Part shown: piece by piece, positions 1 to 7,036 of the stretch
How positions within the stretch are numbered: the stretch's first letter is position 1
How the letters are laid out: each line of letters starts with the position of its first letter
Source: Candidatus Iainarchaeum sp.
Lineage (GTDB): Archaea > Iainarchaeota > Iainarchaeia > Iainarchaeales > CSSED10-239
DNA: 7,093 bases
Direction: 5' to 3'
Assembly: GCA_937968065.1 (NCBI GenBank)
Contig: CALBUD010000010.1
Location: forward strand, 1 to 7,093
Program-made: the position numbers and the translations under genes
Notes under the pieces: generated by a model
Database searches by the model: none
What the model saw: only the letters and a program-made list of their open reading frames with translations
What the model was told of the DNA's origin: nothing

Positions 1-380
1 ACCACTTCATAAAGTTCTCACTCTAAAGCAGGGGCTATTAATTCTATTGTATTATTTGTAGGCTGTAAGTAGTCTGTTCAAAGTTGAAGTTTGACTCAAT
101 CTTTAAATATTAATAATGGATTAATTGTATTTTCATAACTATAATCTAATGAAAGAGTTGTTTGTCATTCTGTAGCTACAAAACTATTGTAAGCATATCA
201 TCATTGCAGAGGAGTTCAACTTCAACCTAAAGCATTAACCTTCACTTCACTTCAAGTTCTAGTAACAGATGTATTAGTTCAAGGTAATATCTCTGTAATC
301 ATCCTGTCTGTGTTTTCAGGAAGTTTTTCTAGTTTATCTCCGTCAGCTAAACGGAAATTTTGTATATCATTTAACGCCAT
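1..380 (-). CDS. Virion structural protein with a tail-fibre-like N-terminal domain. Partial: the 3' end runs off the left edge of the window.
   Basis: ATG at 380 lies 4 nt after the TAA of the upstream gene. The frame stays open to position 1 once 10 in-frame TGA codons are read as Gly. Translation: MALNDIQNFRLADGDKLEKLPENTDRMITEILPGTNTSVTRTGSEVKVNALGGSGTPLQGGYAYNSFVATEGQTTLSLDYSYENTINPLLIFKDGVKLQLGTDYLQPTNNTIELIAPALEGELYEV... The pattern F.ATEGQT...L.Y....L..F.DGV.L..G.DY......I.L resembles N-terminal domains of podovirus tail-fibre proteins. That resemblance is from memory and was not searched. Confidence 0.45.
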
Positions 381-384
381 ATTA

Positions 385-654
385 TTATGTGTTAGTTCTT
401 ATAAAATTGATTATATGTTTTTGTGTTAATGGATTATCAATGATTGTTTCAATTTCTTCAACTGTTTTTGTTTTAAGTTTATTTTGGTCTGTTATACCAA
501 GCTCATATAAATAAGCTACAGTTGCAGGACCAATTCATTTAACTTTATGTAAATCAGAAGAACTCATATTTCCTTTAACAGCTTTTATTTCTTTTGTTTC
601 TTTTATTTTTGATAGAGCTTCTTTAGCTCTTTGTATATGTGCTATTGTTTTCAT
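385..654 (-). CDS. Small helix-hairpin-helix (HhH) DNA-binding protein, 89 aa
   Basis: ATG at 654, TAA at 385-387, one in-frame TGA at 535-537. Translation: MKTIAHIQRAKEALSKIKETKEIKAVKGNMSSSDLHKVKGIGPATVAYLYELGITDQNKLKTKTVEEIETIIDNPLTQKHIINFIRTNT. The segment L.KVKGIGPATVAYLYELGI matches the HhH consensus (h.GhG...A..L) only if the TGA is Gly. Confidence 0.7.
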
Positions 655-675
655 ATATCACTATTAATAAATAAT

Positions 676-712
676 AAAAAAAAGGAGAAGAGGAAAACTT
701 TCCCCTCTCTCC
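676..712 (-). terminator. Rho-independent terminator downstream of the major capsid gene
   Basis: On the minus strand, 11 nt after the capsid TAG, there is a GGAGAGAGG / CCTC(T)TCTCC stem of 9 bp with one bulge (684-712). It has a roughly 10-nt loop and is followed by a run of 8 T (plus-strand A-run 676-683). This is the only G+C-rich hairpin with a T-tract seen in the window. Confidence 0.7.
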
Positions 713-723
713 TCTTTTAAAGC

Positions 724-1812
724 CTAGACAATAGCACCATTAGCACCGTTGTCTGAACCAATTATAACTTCTGGATTATAGAAGTCCATAGTAAATTCAG
801 TATCTATATCAATAACTGTAGCTTTATTTTTCTTATCTTCGTAAGAGTCAATTTTAGCTTCATATAAAGGTATAAATCTAAATGCTTCTAATTCTCTTGA
901 TAATTCAGTGTTAAGTAAGAACCATTCATTACCTGAACCAACTTTACCTTTTACAGAAGGTTGTCCTAATGTAGGTAATACCATTAAGTTCACTTTAAAT
1001 CCATTCATTTGGAAAATTGAAACTGTTATATCATTTGATATAGCAACATCAGCAACTTGTGAAGCAACTTCTTTTCCATCATTTAAGATTTTTCTAGCAT
1101 TAGCTTCACCTTCTGGACCAACTATTAATGTATAAGCAGAAGCAGCAAAACCAACGATAGTACCGTTACCATCTTTCATACCTCTAGCTTTTTCAATAGC
1201 TTTTTCTAAATTCACTTGGTTTAAAACTCTATCAGTTCCTTCCATTATATTAGATTGAACTTCACCTGTTTCACCAACTGGATGAGCATTAAAGAATAGA
1301 GGATTACCATATGGTGTAGAAGAACCAGGACCATAAGCATTAGCATTATTAAACCCTTCTATCAACACTCTAGTAGCTAAGAAGTTTCTAGCTTTTTTAA
1401 CTCTAGCTGAAAGTCTTGCCATTTTATTAGCAATTTTTTGTATTTCCATTTTAACTTCTGTAGGTAAAGTTGAAGCTGATGTAGCTTTCATTAACCATTC
1501 AGTAGCAGCTCTTGACATTGTATGAGCTCAGGCAAATCTTTGAGTTTTAAATCCTTTTGAAGGACCTTCTTCATCACCTAATAATGGAATTTCATCTAAT
1601 TCACCTATACTTTCTAAGTCTAATACACCTTTAAGAGAAGTTATTTCTCAGTCTGGTCTATCAACAGGAGTGTTAACAAAACCTAAAGCTTCTGCAACAC
1701 CATCTAATGTAGGGTCAATATTCATTTCATCAACCACTTTTAATATATTACTTCTGATAAGTTTAAAACCCTCAACAGTAGTTAATAATCAATTATCTGA
1801 AAATCTAGCCAT
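724..1812 (-). CDS. Major capsid protein (presumed HK97-fold), 362 aa
   Basis: The 264-aa track ORF (724..1518) extends upstream through three TGA codons (1528-1530 and two further upstream) to the ATG at 1812. The stop is TAG at 724-726. N-terminus: MARFSDNGLLTTVEGFKLIRSNILKVVDEMNIDPTLDGVAEALGFVNTPVDRPDGEITSLKGVLDLESIGELDEIPLLGDEEGPSKGFKTQRFAGAHTMSRAATEWLMK... Size, position after the scaffold and decoration-like genes, the terminator directly downstream and preference for canonical Gly codons all fit a highly expressed coat protein. Family assignment was not verified by search. Confidence 0.75.
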
Positions 1813-1834
1813 TTTTACTTTTTTATATTATATA

Positions 1835-2218
1835 TTAAACAATTTTAAATCTACCAACTCTTGTATCAATTATTTCTACAAGTTCAACTTGGTCACCTGC
1901 AGCACCTGTTACAACAACTTGTGAAGCATTAATATCAAATTTGTCACCAACCATAGCTTGTGTTAAATCAGCGTCAGTGTTTAAATCAACTCTTAAGTTT
2001 TCATTTTTTCTTACAAATAAGATTTCTTCATTTGTTCAGTAAGTGTGTGAACCTGTAGCAACTCATTTAATTTCTTGTGTACCATCTGCTGAAACAACTT
2101 TACCAGAAGTTGCATCTATAGACAATAATTCAGAGTTGATAACAGATAAGTTGTCAGAAGCTATAGCTCCTTCATTCCCTGTAAAACCGTATCAAGTTTT
2201 TCTTAATTTATTTGCCAT
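1835..2218 (-). CDS. Small head-associated protein, possibly a capsid decoration protein (DUF2190-like), 127 aa
   Basis: ATG at 2218, TAA at 1835-1837, three in-frame TGA codons. Translation: MANKLRKTGYGFTGNEGAIASDNLSVINSELLSIDATSGKVVSADGTQEIKGVATGSHTYGTNEEILFVRKNENLRVDLNTDADLTQAMVGDKFDINASQVVVTGAAGDQVELVEIIDTRVGRFKIV. It appears beta-rich and sits between the scaffold and capsid genes. The pattern GVA...G..(h)V....L.......G..h.....V resembles small decoration proteins, which is a weak recollection only. Confidence 0.4.
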
Positions 2219-2238
2219 ATTTATATGTTAATAATTAT

Positions 2239-2940
2239 TTATTTATTTTTATAATTAGAAAGAACATTATCAAAGATTGAGTCAATTTCACTATTCTTTG
2301 ATTGTTGTTCTTCTCAAGAGGAAACTCCTCAAACACCACTAGCTCATCCTCAGTCTTTCATTAGTTTATATGCTAAGTCCTCAGGAGAGTATTTACTATT
2401 AAGAACTATATTACCTGCTCTTTTAACTCTTTCTTCAATAGGAAGAGAGTCAGAAATATATTTAAGTTCTTCTTCAACTTTAGCTACATCTTCATCAGAT
2501 AGAAAGTTATCATATTTACTTTTAAGCCTTGTTATTTCAGCTTCCATCTCTTTCTTATCTTGTTTCCATTTCATTAGCTTAAGTTCTTTTTCCAATTTAG
2601 TTGCTTTATCTTCTTCATAGTCGTCACTCTCTTCTTCTTTTGAAGACATAAAAGAGTCGCCATAAACAGCTTTAGCTTCTTCTAAACTAGAAAATCAATA
2701 AAGTTCTTTAATCACTTTATCTTGTAATTTTTTATCCTGAATTTCATTTATGTAACTTTTATCTTGTTTAGCTAGCCTAACTGCTAAATCAATTTTTTCT
2801 TGGTTACTTCTTGTATATTCAGCTTGAAGACTTTTATATTGGTCTTCTGGCACTACATTAGTACCTTGAGGAGATTGCCCACCATCAGTAGGTTCTTCTC
2901 ATTCTAGGAATTCCTTTTTATCAGCTTGTTCCTTGTTCAT
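2239..2940 (-). CDS. Scaffolding protein, 233 aa
   Basis: ATG at 2940 lies 2 nt after the upstream TAG. TAA at 2239-2241, six in-frame TGA codons, and the 99-aa track ORF is included in frame. The protein is highly charged with coiled-coil character (…KATKLEKELKLMKWKQDKKEMEAEITRLKSKYDNFLSDEDVAKVEEELKY…). It ends in a Gly/Ser linker, KDGGGASGVGGVSSGEEQQ, and lies upstream of the capsid gene. No protease gene is present in the module, consistent with a scaffold-dependent head. Confidence 0.65.
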
Positions 2941-2942
2941 AA

Positions 2943-3224
2943 CTATTTTTTGTTATTTTCTAAAATATTATATTTCCTAAAGAAACTCTTGAAGAATTTA
3001 TTTCATTGTAAAAATCCTCTTACCCATTCATCTGTAACATTTCATTCAATGAGCTCTTTACACACTCTATTATATGCAAAAATGCCTATTTTGTCAAGTA
3101 TGGCTTTATCTAGGGAAGAAAGCACTGTTTTTTCTTTCTCCTCTAGCTCAAGCTCTCTAATTATTTCAATAAGTTTTTTTTCTCTTCTCCACTCCAAAAA
3201 ATCTGTTATTATATTTTTTTTCAT
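2943..3224 (-). CDS. Hypothetical protein, 93 aa, either stand-alone or the -1 frameshift extension of the upstream gene
   Basis: ATG at 3224 overlaps the end of the upstream CDS by 16 nt. There are two in-frame TGA codons and the stop is TAG at 2943-2945. Translation: MKKNIITDFLEWRREKKLIEIIRELELEEKEKTVLSSLDKAILDKIGIFAYNRVCKELIEGNVTDEWVRGFLQGNKFFKSFFRKYNILENNKK. No motif recognised. Confidence 0.5.
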
Positions 3225-3694
3225 AGGTTTGGCATAAGTTCTAAAATTCTATTTTGAAGCTCCTCTTCTGATAAGTCAAGCAGCACTTCATTTATATTAG
3301 CTTCAATTTCTGTTTTTGGATTGTAGGCTTGATTAGTTTTTTCCAGCATTCTAAATGAATAGTCTACTACCTCTTTGTCTGTAAGTTCTCTATTTCACAT
3401 AATAGCTTCTTCAACATTTTGTTCAGCAAAGTCCCCAATTCTTTTTCTTCTTGAGTCTTTAATGCCTTCATAAGCTTCTTTTAGTTCTTCATATTTTCAT
3501 AATGTTTTATAGAAATATGGTGTACTGAAGCCTACATCTGCTACAGCATCTAAAAGCTTAACAGGTTGATTTGGTTTATATTTTCCTGTTTGCTTATCAT
3601 ATCAATAAGCTATAAGGTCAAATACTCTATAAAACTTATCTTTAGTTTCTTGTGTTAAAATTTTTCTATTTTTTGGTCTTCATCTTTTTCTCAT
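3209..3694 (-). CDS. AT-hook / helix-turn-helix DNA-binding protein, possible small terminase subunit, 161 aa
   Basis: ATG at 3694 lies 7 nt after the portal TAA. TAA at 3209-3211, five in-frame TGA codons. Translation: MRKRGRPKNRKILTQETKDKFYRVFDLIAYGYDKQTGKYKPNQPVKLLDAVADVGFSTPYFYKTLGKYEELKEAYEGIKDSRRKRIGDFAEQNVEEAIMGNRELTDKEVVDYSFRMLEKTNQAYNPKTEIEANINEVLLDLSEEELQNRILELMPNLGKKI. An N-terminal GRP motif, then an HTH-like segment (LLDAVADVGFSTPYFYKTL), then an EE(L/F).EAY...R helix is the layout of many phage small terminases. This is from memory and was not searched. Confidence 0.5.
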
Positions 3695-3701
3695 ATTCGT
3701 A

Positions 3702-5456
3702 TTATTTGTTATTAGCTAAACTACCAATAAGTGGAACTGGATTTGATTGGTTTCTTTGTTCTGGTGGAACATAGTTTGGATTTGATGGGTCATTAGCATC
3801 ATTACTCACCCCTTTCATTTGTTTCTTTATTTTATCAAGTCTTGAAGCAGCAGATATGTTATTAGGAGTTTCTCATAATAATAAATCAGAGTCAAGCTTA
3901 AATGCTTTTGCACCTTCAACAAAATATGCTTTAGGGTTCATTATAGGTTTACCATCTTCTCAAATTAAATTACCAAAGATTTGTCCAAACTCAAGAAGTT
4001 TATTTTTTTCTTTTTCTTCACTAACTCACAATATAGACTCAGTGATAGGAAGAACATTAAACATTCAAGAAATTAATCAAGGGGCAACAGTGAATGTACC
4101 ATATCCATTCTTTATACTTTTAACATTACCATCCTTATCCATACTTTGACCCTTAACAGGTATTTCGTGAGTTTTATGTTTATATTCAAACTTAATATTA
4201 CTCATTCTAAGTCTAGCAAGTCTAGCAAAGAAATTGTAAGCATTTTGTTTTAATAATAAGTTTGTTCTCTTTCTTGCACTTTCTATTTTACTTTCTGTTT
4301 TTGTTGCTGTTTCACTAGCACCTAATATTTGAGATTTAAAGTCAATTCAAGTTTTAATAATAAGGTCTTCATCAACTTTTCTTTCAGCTTCTATAACACT
4401 ATTAGCATTTATATTAGGAGAGAAATGAGAGATTGCTTCTTTTTCAACTCTAGCAAATTTATTAGTACCTATTTCTACAGTTGTTTCATCAAAGTCAGCA
4501 TCTGGGTCAATAGTTGTAAAACCAAATTGTGCTTTTATTACATCTATATTTAAAGCCCTAAGAGCATCTTTATAATTTATATCATTTTCTAACATTTCAT
4601 ATTCACCTGCATCATATGTTCTATCTTCTAAAGCATAATTAGAGAACGAACAAAAAGGAAGTTCTTTATGTTGATATGGTATAATAGAGTTTCTAATTTC
4701 CACGCCATTAACTAATACAATAAGAGAGTCTTCTGCTTTATTATAATATCTAAGCTCAGTTACTAAGTTGTCTTCATTTAAAGGACTAAATTCAACATCA
4801 CCTTCTGAGTTTAAATAATAATATTGACCTTTAGGTATATTAGTTTCACTAATAGTGTAGTTTGGATTATTTGAGAATGTGTTTAAAAATTTTCTTCTAT
4901 CCCAAGTTCTAATCCATATAGCTTCATTAGCTGTTTCTATATCATATCAATCGTGATAGAAATTTTCCCAAGGTATATATTCACAATAAACACCATCATA
5001 CTCTGTCATAGTGTTTTCATTCCATTTAATTTCATCTCCAGATAGGTATGGCTCTTTTATTTTTCTTTTAATAGTTCTAAGCCCTTCATACATATATCAG
5101 TTACCATATTTAAGAGCCGAATAAATAACCTTCATTATTTCCTTATCTGTCTTACTTGTTATCCATTCATAGTCCCAAACTTTTTTAATTATTCTTGAAG
5201 CCTTTTTTGCTTCTCAATCAAGAGGTATAAATTCATATTCTTGCACTCAGTTTAATATTTCAGCAGCTTTACTATTTATAATAGAGAAAGCTATATTTGT
5301 ATCATAAGAGCTTTTAGTCGGGTCAGCTTCTAATGTTTTTTGTCCTATATAGTTCTTTTTCCATTCCCTTTGTTTTACAGAGAGTGTTCTTTTAAGCCCT
5401 CATAAGTATTGAAGCCTCTCCTCTGCAAAAGCTAAAGCTTTTTTTTCTTTTTCCAT
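3702..5456 (-). CDS. Portal protein, 584 aa
   Basis: ATG at 5456 lies 24 nt after the terminase TAA. TAA at 3702-3704. Eleven in-frame TGA codons and no TAA/TAG were found when each codon was read by hand, and the 118-aa track ORF is included in frame. N-terminus: MEKEKKALAFAEERLQYLGGLKRTLSVKQREWKKNYIGQKTLEADPTKSSYDTNIAFSIINSKAAEILNGVQEYEFIPLDGEAKKASRIIKKVWDYEW... The C-terminus is disordered (…NDANDPSNPNYVPPEQRNQSNPVPLIGSLANNK). Its size, its position immediately after the large terminase and its portal-like N-terminal layout support the call. Confidence 0.75.
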
Positions 5457-5480
5457 ATTGTTATTATTATTTACATATTA

Positions 5481-6926
5481 TTAATAAGGTTGTCTATAGT
5501 TTCATTTATAATATCCCACCTTGTTCCATTTCTCTCAATGTTTTTCTTGAAACTTTCTTTCTGCTCTAGTGATAGTTTTATTAGGTTTTATCGCCCATAT
5601 AATATATCTAAGAGCGTCAAGTTGATGGTCGTCTTCCTTCACAACTTCTCAGTCTTTACCTTTTTCTTTATAGTGATGTTGCTCAAGTTCTTTTACTAAT
5701 GTGTCTTCCAATTTATTGCTAATAAATATTTTTTCATCAGCAAACATTTGATTAAGTTTAAATATTGAAGCCTTCCTATTACTCTCATCTCTTTCACCTT
5801 TCTCCCATTTATTAGCAGGTTTAGTTTTAAGTCCCATCTTAGCCAACTCAGTTCTTTCTCTCTTAGCTCAAGAGTCGGCAACTATATATTCCAAACTTAT
5901 TTTATATTTCCTAACAAGAGCTTCAATCTTTTCCTTTATTTCAGACAGATATAATCAAGACTGATTAAAACCATCAAATATGTAATGGTTATTATCACTA
6001 TCAACAGCAACTAATACAAATCAAGTGGGGTGGGTGATACCTAAGTCTAGTCCTCAATAGAACCTAACTCAAGGAAGTGTATGGGGGTCAAAATGAGCTA
6101 CTAGATTATTAAGCCTTGAAAAACTATTATAAACTAATCAAGTAGGGGGTATAAACTCACCATTAAGCCTCATCTTCTTATCTTGCTCACTCAAATTATT
6201 AGCCCACGAATGGTCGGCGTGTTTGTTCTCTAATGAGCTAAATAAGAACTTAATTCTATTATCATTTTCTACATATTCACTCTTATAAAAGTATTCATAT
6301 AGAGGTGTTAATCAAGAAAGAGGAGTCATTGTTATCAACATTTGAGACTTACCTGTACGGGTTCTAGCTAACAGCTCTAACCATACACCTTTATCTGTAG
6401 GTTCTTCATCAACAACTATAAAATCTGGATTTCACCCTTGAACCCTTTCCCTACCTTGGTCGTAAGTTTTAATACTAATTTTAGCTCAATTAATAAGCTT
6501 TATCTCTTGCAACACTCAAGAGCTTCTTTTAGGAGCACCCTTAATAAGCTCTGGTGGAATTCTTGTATTTGAATATTCTCATAATAGATAAGGTTCAATA
6601 GTTCAGGAAACATTACTTCAAGATTTAGTTACAATCCGTATATTCTTTTTAGCTCATATATAGGGAAGTTTATATTTAGTTGAATATTCTCCTATAGCTA
6701 AATTAACTGCTGTGTACATTCAATAGAATGTTTTTCAGGCTCAGTTTCATCATTGAAATAATATTTGCTTATATCTAGGTCTACCGTCTTCTTTCTTTAA
6801 ATTAAGGACAGCGTGAACTTCTTTTTGATGTTTTTGTAGTTCAACCTCAGTGATAGCATAAAACTTTTTTCTCTTATCTAATATGGAATAGAGTTCAGCA
6901 ATTTTTTGTTTATTGTTTTGTTCCAT
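5481..6926 (-). CDS. terL: Terminase large subunit (ATPase plus RNase-H-like nuclease), 481 aa
   Basis: ATG at 6926, TAA at 5481-5483, 22 in-frame TGA codons. Walker A is GGNGAGKT (6729-6752, four of the Gly are TGA). Walker B is DFIVVDEEP (6402-6425). The coupling motif is LITMTP. Other terminase-typical segments are NGEF and PTGLVY. The nuclease motifs are FYGGLDLG (6039-6059) and KEDDHQLDALRY (5604-5633). The 65-aa track ORF is in frame with all of these. Confidence 0.93.
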
Positions 6927-6959
6927 ATCATTTTATTATTTATTTCTGTTTGCCTATAC

Positions 6960-6988
6960 ATTATATAAGAAAAGAAGGGTTTTGTCAA
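6960..6988 (-). promoter_or_regulatory. Sigma70-type promoter driving the terminase/head operon
   Basis: The minus strand reads TTGACA (6988-6983), an exactly 17-nt spacer (aaacccttcttttctta), then TATAAT (6965-6960). This is a perfect consensus -35 and -10. It predicts a start near 6952 and a leader of about 27 nt before the terL ATG at 6926. Confidence 0.6.
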
Positions 6989-7018
6989 GTTTGGCTTAGA
7001 TTAGCTAACGAGAGAGAA

Positions 7019-7036
7019 TTGGCTTAATATAGCCAA
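7019..7036. repeat. Perfect inverted repeat TTGGCT-N6-AGCCAA upstream of the promoter, a candidate protein-binding site
   Basis: TTGGCT (7019-7024), taatat, AGCCAA (7031-7036). The 8-mer TTGGCTTA also occurs as a direct copy at 6991-6998, immediately upstream of the -35 box. An 8-nt palindrome TTAGCTAA sits at 7001-7008. Confidence 0.35.

Noticed and set aside
241-255. Pentanucleotide tandem repeat TTCAC TTCAC TTCAA.
   Set aside because: It is short, lies within the fibre-like coding frame (…TGSEVKV…) and has only three units. There is no evidence of phase-variable function.
1827-1857. Promoter-like TTGGTA-17-TATATA(AT) just upstream of the capsid ATG.
   Set aside because: The -35 is weak, the -10 would leave a leader of only about 10 nt, and TATA-rich hexamers arise by chance in this composition. 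It may be a real capsid-boosting promoter but cannot be supported from sequence alone.
4211-4228. Tandem 9-nt duplication GTCTAGCAA x2.
   Set aside because: It is in frame inside the portal gene and encodes ARLARL. It looks like a small coding-level duplication rather than a regulatory or CRISPR-like repeat.
908-5699. Plus-strand track ORFs: 908..1135, 1670..1924, 2043..2231, 2926..3237, 3856..4149, 4329..4553 and 5490..5699.
   Set aside because: Each lies antisense inside a long recoded minus-strand gene. Their translations are low-complexity Phe/Ser/Leu/Ile-rich shadows without motifs, typical of the antisense frame of AT-rich coding DNA.
5696-5881. Minus-strand 61-aa track ORF (MPTLELREKELSWLRW...).
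   Set aside because: It is out of frame within terL. The terL frame carries conserved terminase motifs across this stretch, so this is an overlapping spurious ORF.
1-6926. Reading TGA as tryptophan (table 4, Mycoplasma/Spiroplasma-type or TGA-Trp recoded gut phage), which is the commonest explanation for in-frame TGA in AT-rich DNA.
   Set aside because: It would give QWWNWAWKT at the terminase P-loop, KWIG in the HhH hairpin and KDWGWASGVWGVSSW in the scaffold linker. It would also give a Trp content several-fold above normal while leaving terL with only about 3% Gly. TGG is already used for Trp at ordinary positions.
724-6926. Interpretation of the fragmented ORFs as a decayed or pseudogenised prophage.
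   Set aside because: All interruptions are a single codon type (TGA), and no frameshifts or in-frame TAA/TAG are present. The TGA positions also fall on functionally invariant glycines, which is incompatible with random decay.
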